Positions 39,963-50,999 of a stretch of DNA of 64,000 bases are shown one piece after another. Origin of the DNA: the human T2T-CHM13v2.0 reference genome, Homo sapiens. A program made the position numbers and the translations under genes. How positions within the stretch are numbered: position 1 is the stretch's first letter; each line of letters starts with the position of its first letter. The notes beneath the pieces were generated by a model, which saw nothing but the letters and a program-made list of their open reading frames with translations, did no database searches and was not told where the DNA came from. The stretch lies in assembly GCF_009914755.1 (NCBI RefSeq), contig NC_060928.1. One strand, 5' to 3'.

Positions 39963-40243
39963 GTGTCTCCCTCTGTTGCCCAGGGTGGAGTGCAGTGGCA
40001 CAGACATGGCTCTCTGCAGCCTCAACCTCCCAGGCTCAAGCGGTCCTCCCACCTCAGCCTGCTGAGGAGCTAGGACCACAGGCATGTGCTACCCTGCCCT
40101 TGCTTACTTTTACTTTTGTTTTTTTTTTGTGCAGGGTCTCGTCATGTTGCTCAGGCTGGTCTCAAACTCCTGGGCTCAAGCTATCCTTCCATCTTGGCTT
40201 CCCAAAGTGCTAGGATTACAGGCATGAGCCAAGGCAGTCGGCC
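39963..40243 (-). mobile_element. AluJ without poly(A) tail or TSD
   Basis: Dimer with J-type CCAGGCTCAAGCG and CCTGGGCTCAAGC; begins abruptly at GTGTCTCCCTCTGTTGCCCAGG. Confidence 0.9.
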
Positions 40244-41001
40244 ATATTTTCACACTTAACACAAAATGAAGCTGCCAATGAGAACTGTGTGAGAAAGCAG
40301 AGCAAAATTCACTCAAATAATAACTAATACTAATCACTCATCCTGAGAGTGTTGGGAAAACTTTGGAAGGTTGAGTAAAGGACAGTGATAATGATTTGAT
40401 TTATGTCTAAAGAGGCCACCTTGCCATTATGGGAAGAGTAAAATTTTAGGAGGGCAAGATTAGAAACAAGGAAAGCAGGAGTCGAGCTGATGGTGGATTT
40501 AACTAAGACAGCTGTGGAAGGGGTAGGAGGTGGTCAGATTTGTGATGTTTTGAAGTTTGAGCCAAAAGGATTTGCTGATAAGTGGGGGATGAGATGGGAG
40601 GGAAAGGGTTATATTAAGATGACTCCTCTTCTTGGGCCTGATCAACTCAGTGAAAGGAACGGTTTACTGAGACTGGAAGAGGAGTATGCCAGGGCAGGGG
40701 TGAGGAATCAGGGGTTCTGTTTGTACATTTTAAGTTTGAGATTCCTATTAAACATTCAAGTGGAGATGTGGAATACAAAGTATACAGAGTTGCAGAATAA
40801 CAACAAGATCTAGCTTGATGATTATTTAAAAACATTGTTTCTGTGAAATATTCCAATACCCTAGACTTGTAATTACCTTAGTTTTGTAATATTGCAAGTA
40901 ATAAAGCTGGGATCCACTATTTCCCTTTTGAGTCAGAAGAGGTAAGATCTCTTGAATTGTGCTTTCGTCTCATATTTTAGGAGGTATTAAGAAGAAATTT
41001 A

Positions 41002-41315
41002 GGTTGGACGTGGCAGCTCATGCCTGTAATCCTAGCACTTTGGGAGGCTGAGGTTGGAGGTCCTCATGAGGCCAAGTATTTAAGAGCAGCCTGGGCAATA
41101 CAGCAAGACTTTGTCTCTACAAAACATAAAAAATTAGCTGGGTGTGGTGATGCATGCCTGTAGTACCAGATACTCAGGAGGCTGAGGCAGGAGGATCACT
41201 TGAGTCCAGGGGGTGGAGGCTACAGTGAGCTGTGATTGCACCACTGCCCTCCAGCTTGGGCAACAGAGTGAGACCCTGTCTCAAAAATAAATAGGTAAAT
41301 AAATAAATAAATAAA
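41002..41315 (+). mobile_element. AluJ with (TAAA)n tail
   Basis: Full dimer. Confidence 0.93.
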
Positions 41316-41399
41316 TGGAATTTACTTAACATTTTTTTTTTTACCCCAGCGGAAACATGACAAAAGATATAAAAAGGCCAGTCACCAAGGAAGTTCATT

Positions 41400-42050
41400 C
41401 GGAACACACGCTGAACTTTAGTAGCAGTAATCAAGTAAATACTAACTAAAATGAAATACCAATTTTAATATTTTAGAGTGGCAATAATTTTAAAAGATTA
41501 GTATATGTGCACCCTCAAAAATATTGGTGGGAATGTAAATTAGAACAACTTTTCTAGACTGAATTTTGGCAGTCTATCAAAAGCCTTAAAGTATGCATAT
41601 GCTTTTTAAGAGTAATTCTGCATCTAGGAGTGTATCCTAAGGAAATATTCTGAGCCAGATACTAAAATATTTATTGCAGCAGTATTTGTAAAGGTAGAAA
41701 AATTAGAAACAGCTTACAAATACAGTGGTAGGGAATTGGTTAAATAAGTTATGGTATATTTATGTGATGTGATTACTTGTTTTTGAAGACTATTTCACAA
41801 CAAAGATAAATGCTCATTGTATACTAAGAAGAAAAAGTAGGTTATAGAATAAATCACACATTATATGAATTATGCATAACACACATAGCCCACCTACATA
41901 CATAGAAAAAAACTGAAAAGACTTCCACCAAAATATTTACAGTGGTTTTCTCTGAGTAGTGAAATAGCGCTGATTTTTACATCCTCCAAATATCTTTTAT
42001 ACTTTCTAAAATTTTCATAATATTCACATATTGCTTTTATATTTAGTGTT
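41400..42050 (+). mobile_element. L1ME-like 3' region
   Basis: TTGGTGGGAATGTAAATTAG...CTAGGAGTGTATCCTAAGGAAATA...TGGTTAAATAAGTTATGGTA. Confidence 0.7.
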
Positions 42051-42069
42051 TAACATTTATGAATATTTA

Positions 42070-42149
42070 TTAGGTTGGTGCAAAAGTGATCATGTTTTTT
42101 ACCATTAAAAGTAACAGCAAAAATTGGATTCACTTTTGCACCGACCTAA
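42070..42149. mobile_element. MADE1 (Hsmar1-derived 80-bp palindromic MITE)
   Basis: TTAGGTTGGTGCAAAAGT...ACTTTTGCACCGACCTAA, exactly 80 bp, TA on both sides. Confidence 0.95.
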
Positions 42150-44129
42150 TAGTAGAGAGATGACATCCTTGGACACTTTTGTTTTTCTTATAACACCATA
42201 TTGTAAAATTTGTTCTCCTATTTATTATTGTTGGACATTTGTGGTTTAGAACCAAGTAACTTTTATAAGTGAAATAATTTTGTGACTCATATACAAAAGG
42301 TTTTCTTTTCTTCTCTCAACTTGATATTGTGCCAGTGGTCCTGCTGCTACTTAATGACAGCTATCATTATACTACATTATACTACAGTGATACAATATAC
42401 TAGAAGAAGAAAGTACAATATGGAACTAACAACCAGTTAGCAGAGCTGAATTAAATGATTCTGAGTCCGTGGCATTGCATAAATCCTAAATAGTAAAGAA
42501 GTGAGCAAATATGTTGAATCAACTAATTTTTTTTGCTATGTAAATTCTAATCAGACTGAGCATTATAATGCCAGAATATTCCTTAAACCAGAAATTTCTA
42601 TTCTGTAAACTCTCAACTTTAATTTGGGAATTGTTGTGGTAGGAGAAGCCATCAGTTCCTAGCTGGAAATTTAGATGGAGTGAAAGTTCCTTCCTTTAAT
42701 TACTGACTAGAAACCATCTGAGGAAACAATATGCAAAACACTACAATTCATTATAAATAATTATGAGGGTGAATAGAAATCTATAGAGAAAAGCTCAAAC
42801 TTCTATGGGAAATATACGTATCTGCGTATGCATGTGTGTTTAAAGTGTTTAACTGGCTAAGTTTTTTAAGTTTATAAATGGCGTGTATGTAAAAGGACAT
42901 AAGAATGATTTTCAATATGATATTTTTGGCCTTAGACTAACTGTACAATGACTCCAAAGCAAATAATATGCCAAAGTGCTAAAGTAATTTAAGCAATCCT
43001 GTACGTAATTCAAGCAAAAAGAAAACGTTTCCCAAATCACCTCTAACACGCTGTTTTCCCCTGAATGACCTGGATAATTGCTATAATACTTCATTTTATT
43101 TGGACTGTGGAGACCTGATTTTACATCTTTTTAAAAATGTAGAACACAGAGAGAAAGAGAGAGAGAGAGAAGCATAATGCCCTTTTCTAACAGAATTTCC
43201 CAATGAAATTGAAAAAGAAGCATCTTACCCCAAAGTAGTAGGATAAACCAAACACCTTAACTTCTGTTAGAGGGCCTCTGGAAGAGGAATTTAAATACAA
43301 TGGAGGCAGGTTTTACTTTTTCTCTAGTGACAAGTTATTTCTATTAATTTTGGTAAAAATAATCTGCTGAAAGCATTATTTATAATTAAATGAAAAGAAA
43401 TATATCTTTACAAGCTTATAAATTAGTTTTAATATCTTTCTATTTTTAGAAGTTACATTGCTGGGTCAACCTGATATTCCAGAATTCACTTGTCAAATGT
43501 AAAAAAGAGAATTTGAACCACACCATTGGTATGCTTTCTGAATGTTTTAGTGCCTGAGTGTAAGGAAGAGTCATAAACCCTATAAACAGTGTGTGTGTAT
43601 TGGTAGTCTGAGCCCTTTGAGGTGGGCTTGGGGGACTGCACCCAATAGGGTTTCTTAATAATGTTGAGTCTTTCAGGACTCACATGACTATGTGTTGGTT
43701 GTTGTCAGAGTGAAATACTTGAATTACCTCTATCTAGTCTCTGTTTACAATCTCCTCTTGAGGTTTCTGTATGCCAAATTGTACTTAAAAAACATAAATT
43801 TCCCTTCAAAGGTAGCTTGGGAGCCTGAAGTGTGGCTAGGGACTCCTAAATGCAAAGGATAATCAAGGTCCTCTCAAATGTAGGTACTGCAATTTGTTTA
43901 AAACATAGCACGGTCTAGACTAAAGAATGAGACCTCTACAGATGATTTAACTAAAGGAAAAGGTACAGGCACTGCTGAAAATAAACACTTCTGTAATTAC
44001 CAAAGGCCTTTATTTAGTTAGGACTATCTTGAGGATGTAGCTGAGGGAGCAGTGATTTGCAATGCCACCCCAGACCCCAGAAACAAACAAACAAACCAAA
44101 CCAAATCACAGAGTGACACTTTATTTCTT

Positions 44130-44540
44130 AATCACATTGGCTAACTGGAATTTCTTAAGTGGCTCCAACTTGGAGAAAAGCAAAATGTGTGAAGTTAGTG
44201 AAAGATTACTGCCTTGATTCACCCTTTAAATGCTTGGATTCTAACAATTTCAATTATTTGTTCATGTTCTCCTTATTTCCCTAATGTATCATTTACGTCA
44301 CAAAACTGCCCATTTGGCATTCTTTATCACAAATTACAATTTTTCACTAAAGCTTGCAATAAGCCAAACTGAGTCACGTTCCACATACCTTTTGTTTGGC
44401 AGAAACCACTCTAGTGCTGAATGAAGACTGTTTTGGCCGATCCATTGCGCCTTAATTTGTTTGGCCATATGACTGCTTTCTGTCTTCTGCAGAAAAAGGC
44501 TCTGTAGCCAGTGGTTTTTATTTATGTTGCTTCAAAGCCA
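44130..44540. promoter_or_regulatory. Candidate enhancer (motif cluster in apparently unique DNA)
   Basis: TTACGTCA 44293-44300, TTGCAAT 44354-44360, TGAGTCA 44370-44376 and six TTGGC/GCCAA half-sites; motif evidence only. Confidence 0.3.
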
Positions 44541-46823
44541 TGGCAGCCTTCATTTTACTTGGAAGCTTATTTTATTTTGGCTTTCCCCACCAGCAGATCA
44601 TGTCCGATTTTCTGCCTTTATTCTCTTTATTATAACTATTTTGGGAAGTATGTATCAGCACACCATGATTAAAACACTGCTGTTGATGTTTGGATTAATG
44701 CTAAGGCTTATAATAGATACCTGAAAATGAATATATACTTGAAAGAGGCTTTCACCTAATTGATAGAATTGTTACCTTTCCTAGGAACTGGGGGATACAG
44801 CTTCATTCATTAACAGTTGCACATTCATATAAAAAAAAAAAAAAACCTCTTTCACTCACTGATGTCTTGACCTTTCATTCGCCATTTCCTGGGAATCATT
44901 GAAACCTCTGTACCTAAGCCAGGGTTGTAACAATACATTTTTGTTATGATTGGCAAACTAGCATAATTATCAGCTTGCTGGTTTACGTATTTGGCCAAAA
45001 ATGTTACCAGCGGTGAATCCATATGGGTCTGCAGCAACCTCAATTCTTGCTTCCTCAGGAGAAAGAACTCAATGAGGAGCATAAGGCAGAGTGAGAGAAC
45101 AAGGCAAGTTTTGGAAAGCAGGAGTGAAGGTTCATTAAAAAGCTTTAGTGGGGAGGGGCCAATATGGTTGATAAGTAGCAGCTCTGGTCTGCAGCCTTAA
45201 CCTAGAAGAACGAAAACAGCAAGTAAATCCTGCACCTTCAGCTGAGGTATCCAGGTTCTCTCAATGGGACTGACTAGGCAGTTGCTGTGAGCCAAGGAGA
45301 GTGAGGAAAAGCAGGGTGGAGCGATGGCCCAATTAGGAGCTTCACAGGGAAACGGGAGCTCCCACCCACCCCCAGCCAAGGGAGGTGGTGAGTGATTGTG
45401 CTACCTTGCCAGGGAAACCATGCTTTTGCATGGATCTGTGAAACCCGTGGATCAGGAGATCCCCTCCTGAGCCCACACCACCAGGGCCTTCGGTCCCAAG
45501 CACAGAACTGTGCAGACTCTTCATGACCACTTTCCTTGTGGCCAGCCACAGCAGGCTGGAGACAGCCTAAGATGACCGAGTTACTAGTGGGGAGGGGCGG
45601 CTGCCATCACTGCAGCTCCAGTCAGCCATTTTCCCCTCCTGGTTGGGGGGAGGCTGGGCGGTTTTTAGTGGGAGGAATTCCCCAAAGTGCAGCACAGCAG
45701 CTGTGGTAGATTGTGGCCAGACTGCCTCTTTAGGTGGGACCTGGATCCATCCTTCCTCACCAAGTGGGGCCGCCCCATGGGAATTTCAGCAACTCCAGCC
45801 AGGGGTTTATGGAGAGAATTCTGATCTCCCTGGGATGGAGTCCCTGATGGGCTGGGTGGCTGTGGTCTCCAGTTCAGCAGACTTAATCTTTCCCACCTTC
45901 TGGCTCTGAGGAGGCGGGGTAGTCTAGATGAGTGGTATTTCCCCAAGCACAGTGCACCCACTCTGTCAAGGGGCAGAAAGAGTGCTTTGTTAAGCAGGTC
46001 TCTGATCCTGTGCTTCCTGACTGGGTGAGACCCCCAACAGGGGTAACCAGACACCTCATGCAGGAGAGTTCCAGCAGGCATCAGGTCAGTGCCCCTCTGG
46101 GATGGAGCTTCCAGAAGAAGGAGCACGCAGCTATCTTTGCTGTTCTGCAACCTCTACTGGTGATACTTCCAGGTGCAGGAGGGACCCAGGCAAATAGGGT
46201 CTGGAGTGGATCCCCAGCAAACTGCAGCAGCCCTGCAACCCTGCAGAAGAGAGACCTGACTGTTAAAAGAAAAACAAACAGAGGGCCACAACAGCAACAA
46301 CATCAACAAAAAAGACCTCACAAAAACCCCATTCAAAGGTCAGGAGCCTCAAAGATCGAAGGTAAGTAAACCTTCAATGAGAAAAAATGAGAAAAAAATC
46401 AACACAAAAACACTGAAAATTCAAAAAGCCAGAGTGCCTCTTCTCCAAATGATCACACCTTTTCAGCAAGGGCACTGAACTGGGCTGAGGCTGAGATGAG
46501 TAAGTTGACAGAAGTAGGCTTCAGAAGATGGATAATAATGAACTTTGCTGAGCTAGAGGAGTATGTTCTAACCCAATGCAAAGAAGCTAAGAACCATGGT
46601 AAAACATTACAGGAGCTGTTAATCAGAATAACCAGTTTAGAGAGAAACATAAATGACCTGATGAAACTGAAAAACAAGTATCAATAGCTGAATAGATCAT
46701 GCAGAGGAGACAATCTCAGAGCTGAAGTCTGTCTTGCTGAAATAAGACAGGCAGGCAAGATTAGAAAAAGATAAATGAAAAAGAATTAACAAAACCTCTG
46801 AGAACTATGAAATTATGTACAAA

Positions 46824-47771
46824 TGTGTCCAGAATTGGTGGGTTCTTGGTCTCGCTGACTTCAAGAATGAAGCCGCGGACACTCGTGGTGAGTGTTACAG
46901 TTCTTAAAGATGGTGTGTCTGGAGTTTTTTCCTTTAGATGTCCAGATGCATCTGGAATTTCTTCCTTCTGGTGGGTTCGTGGTCTCGCTGACTTCAGGAG
47001 TGAAGCTGCAGACCTTCATGGTGAGTGTTACAGCTCATAAAGGCAGCGCAGACCCAAAGAATGAGCAGCAACAAGGTTTATTGCAAAGAGTGAAAGAACA
47101 AAGCTTCTACAGTCTGGAAGGTGACCAGAGTGGGTTGCTGCTGCTGGCTCAGGTGGCCTGCTTTTATTCCCTTATCTGGCCCCACCCACATCCTGTTGAT
47201 TGGTCCATTTTACAGAGAGTTGATTGGTCCATTTTACAGAGAGCTGATTGGTCCATTTTACAGAGAGCTGATTGGTCTGTTTTGACAGAGTGCTGATTGG
47301 TGCCTTTACAATCCTTTAGCTAGACACAGAGTGGTGATTGGTGCATTTACAATCCTTTAGCTAGACACAAAAGTTCTCCAAGTTCCCACCCGACCCAGAA
47401 GCCCAGCTGGCTTCACCTCTCACTGGCACTTGCTGCAGGACTCTGCAGCACCCAGCCTGCGCACTCTGGCAGCCCAGAGGGAGCCTGTCCCCCATCAAGT
47501 CCAGCAGGCGCCAGCTGGCTGCACCTGTGCCCACCCAGAACCTGCGCTGGCTCGTGAATGTCACGCGCAGCCCTGGATCCCGCTGGCACCTTCCCCTCCA
47601 CACCTCCCTGCAAGCAGAGGGATCTGGCTCTGGCCTCGGCCAGCACCAGAGAGGGGCCCCCACAGTGAAGCAGTGGTGGGCTGAGGGCTCCTTGAGCATG
47701 GCCAGAATGGATGCCAAGGCCAAGGAGGTGCTGAGAGCAAGTGAGGGCTGCTAGCACGTAGTCACCTCTCA
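46824..47771 (-). mobile_element. LTR12-family (ERV9) solo LTR, 948 bp
   Basis: TGTGTCCAGAATTGGTGGGTTCTTGGTCTCGCTGACTTC...GTCACCTCTCA; exact 4-bp TSD CAAA at 46820-46823 and 47772-47775. Confidence 0.95.
47161..47345 (-). promoter_or_regulatory. LTR12 promoter: six CCAAT (NF-Y) boxes and AATAAAAG TATA-like element
   Basis: GATTGG at 47198, 47222, 47246, 47270, 47295 and 47336 (spacing 24/24/24/25/41 bp); CTTTTATT at 47161-47168. Confidence 0.75.
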
Positions 47772-48391
47772 CAAAGACTGAACCTACTACTGATTGGGAT
47801 AGCTGAAAGAGATGGGGAGAATGGAACCAAGTTGGAAAACATACTTCAGGGTGTCATCCAGGGGAACTTCCCTAAACTAGCAAGACAGGCCAACATTAAA
47901 ATTCAGGAAATACAGAGACCCCCAGTAAGATACTCCATGAGAAGATTAACCCCAAGACACATAATCATCAAATTTCCAAGGTTGAAATGAAGGAAAAAAT
48001 GCTAAGGGCAGCCAGAGAGAAAGGCCAGATAACCTACAAAGGGAAGTCCAACAGAATAACTGTGGACCTCTCAGTGGAAACACTACAAACCAGAAGAGAC
48101 TGGGGAGCAATATTCAACATTCTTAAAGAAAATAATTTCCAACCCAGAATTTAATATCCAGTCAAACTAAGCTCCATAAGTGAAGTTGAAATAAAATCCT
48201 TCTCAGACAAGAAAATACTGAGGGAATTTGTCACCACCAGGCCTGCCTTGTAAGAGCTCCTGAAGAAGGCTCTGAATATGGAATGGAAAAACCATTGCCA
48301 GCCACTACAAAAACACACTGAAGTACACAGACCAATGATGCTGTGAAGCAACTACATTAACAAGTCTGCAAAGTAGCCAGCCAGCATCATG

Positions 48392-50999
48392 ATGACGGGA
48401 TCAAATTGACACATAACAATATTAACCTTAAATGTAAATGGGCTACATGCCCCAATTAAAGGACAAAGAATGGAAAGCAGGATAAAGAGTCAAGACCCAT
48501 TGGTGTGCTGTATTCAAGAGACCCATCTCACATTTAGGCTCAAAATAAAGAGTTGGAGGAAAATTTAACAAGCAAATGGAAAGCAGAAAAAAGCAAGGGT
48601 TGCAATCCTAGTTTCTGATAAAACAGACTTTAAATCAGCAAAGATCCAAAAAGACAAAGAAGGGCATTACATAATGATAAAGGGTTCAAATCAACAAGAA
48701 GAGCTAACTGTCCTAAATATATGCACCCAATACAGGAGCCCCCAGATTCATAAAACAAGTTCTTAGAGACCTACAAAGAGACTTAGACTCACACACAATT
48801 ATAGTGGGAAATTTTAACACCCCACTGTCAATATTAGACAGATGATCAAAACAAAAAATTAACAGAAATATTCAGGACTTGAACTCAGCTCTGGATCAAA
48901 TGGAACTGATAGTTATCTACAGAACTCTCCACCCCAAAACAACAGAATATACATTATTCTTGGCACCACATGGCACATTTACTGTAAAACTGATCACATA
49001 ATTGGAAGTAAAACACTCCTCAAAAAATGCAAAAGAACTGAAATCATAACCAACAGTCTCTCAGACCACAGAGCAATCAAATTGGGATTCAAGATTAACA
49101 AACTCCCTCAAAACCACAAAACTACATGGAAATTGAACAACCTGCTCCTGAATGACTCCTGAGGAAATAATAAAATTAAGGCAGAAATCAAGAAGTTCTT
49201 TGAACTAATTGAAACTAATGAAAACAAAGAGACAATATACTAGAATCACTGGGACACAGCTAAAGCTGTGTTAAGAGGGAAATTTATAGCACTAAATGCC
49301 CACATCAAAAAGCTAGAAAGATCTCAAATCAACGTCCTAACATCACAACTAAAATAACTACAGAACCAAGAGCAAACAAACCCCAAAGCTAGCCAAAGAC
49401 AAGAAATAACCAAAATCAGAGAGGAACTGAAGGAGATAGATACAAAAAACCCTTAAAAAATAAATGAATCCAGGAGCTGTTATTTTGAACAAATTAATAA
49501 AATAGACCACTAGCTAGATTAATAAAGGAGAAAGGAGAGAAAAATCAAATAGACACAATAAAAATGATAAAGGGGATAGCACTACTGACCCCACAAAAAT
49601 ACAAACAACCATCAGAGAATACTGTAAACACCTCTATGAAAATAAAATAGAAAATCTAGAAGAAATGGATAAAGTCCTGGACACATACACTCTCCCAAGA
49701 CAGAACCAGGAAGAAGTTGAATCCCTGAATAGACCAATAACTAGTTATGAAATTGAGGCAGTAATAAATAGCATACCAACCAAAAAAAAAAGTTCAGGAC
49801 CAGATGGATTTACAGCGGAATTCTACCAGAGGTACAAAGAGGAACTGGTACCATTTATTCTGAAACTATTCCAAACAATTGAAAAGGAGGGACTCCTCCC
49901 TAACACATTTTATGAGGCCAGCATCATCCTGATACCAAAACCTGGCAGAGATACAACAACAACAACAACACTCCAGGCCAATATCTCTAATGAATATTGA
50001 TGCAAAAATTCTCAATAAAATACTGGCAAATTGAAACCAGCAGCACATCAAAAAGCTTATCCACTATGATCAAGTCAACTTCATCCCCAGGATGTAAGGC
50101 TGGTTCAACATATGCAAATTAATAAATGTAACTCATCAAATAAACAGAACTAAAGGCAAAAACCACATGATTATCTTAATAGATGTAGAAAAGGCCTTCA
50201 ATAAAGTTCATTAAAAACTCTCAATAAACTCGGTATTGAAGGAAACTACCTCAAAATAATAAGAGCCATTCATGACAAACCCACAGCCAATATACTGAAT
50301 GGACAAAAGTTGGAGGTATTCCGTTTGAAAACCAGCACAAGACAAGGATGCCCTCTCTCACCACTCCTATTCAACATAGTATTGGAAATTCTGGCTAGGG
50401 CAATCAGGCAGGAGAAAGAAATAAAGCGTATTCAAATAGGAAGAGAGGAAGTCAAATTGTCATTGTTTGCAGACGACATGATTCTAAATCTAGAAAACCC
50501 TATCATCTTAGCCCAAAAGCTTCTTAATCTAAGTAACTTCAGCAAAGTCTCAGGATACAAAATCAATGTGCAAGAATCACAAACATTCCTATACACCAAC
50601 AACAGACAAGCGGAAAGCCAAATAATGAATAAACCTGCATTCACAATTGCTACAAAGAGGATCAAATACCTAGGAATATAGCTAACAAGGGAAGTGAATG
50701 ACCTCTTCAAGGAGAACTACAAGCCACCACTTTTCAAGGAAATCCAAGAGCCACCACTTTTTCAAGGAAATGAAAAAACATTTTATGCTCACGGATAGGA
50801 ATAATCAATATCACGAAAATGACCATACTGCCCCAAGTAATTTATAGATTCAATGCAATTCCCATCAAACTATCACTGACATTCTCCATATAATTAGAAA
50901 AACACTGTCTTAAAATTCATATGGAACCAAAAAAGAGCCTGTATAGTCAAGACAATCCTAAGCAAAAAGAACAAAGCTGGAGGCATCATGCCACCAGAC
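48392..50999 (+). pseudogene. Disrupted L1 ORF2 (endonuclease/reverse transcriptase)
   Basis: ATG ACG GGA TCA AAT TGA: stop at codon 6; RT motifs [17 protein letters not shown] and LFADD (FADD codons 50466-50477); multiple stops and frameshifts. Confidence 0.92.

Larger units (their letters stand above)
39470..40790 (-). mobile_element. L2a interrupted by (CA)n and a composite Alu-containing insertion
   Basis: ACATTTTTATTGAATATG...GCCCTCATGGAG; resumes ~40335 and ends CATTCAAGTGGAGATGT. Confidence 0.75.
45149..50999 (+). mobile_element. L1PA8-PA11-like element: 5'UTR, ORF1 and ORF2 EN/RT retained, 3' end lost, LTR12 inserted in ORF1
   Basis: 5'UTR GGCCAATATGG...CTGAGGTATCCAGG; ORF1 remnant 46496-46687; ORF2 remnants 49665-50000 and 50310-50681; no 3'UTR or poly-A. 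Confidence 0.95.

Noticed and set aside
47195-47370. Regularly spaced 24-41-bp repeats resembling a CRISPR or iteron array
   Set aside because: There are no unique spacers; these are the known CCAAT tandem repeats of LTR12
50310-50681. Reverse-transcriptase ORF with FADD motif as a functional gene
   Set aside because: It is a fragment of L1 ORF2, which has a stop at codon 6, many frameshifts and no C-terminus
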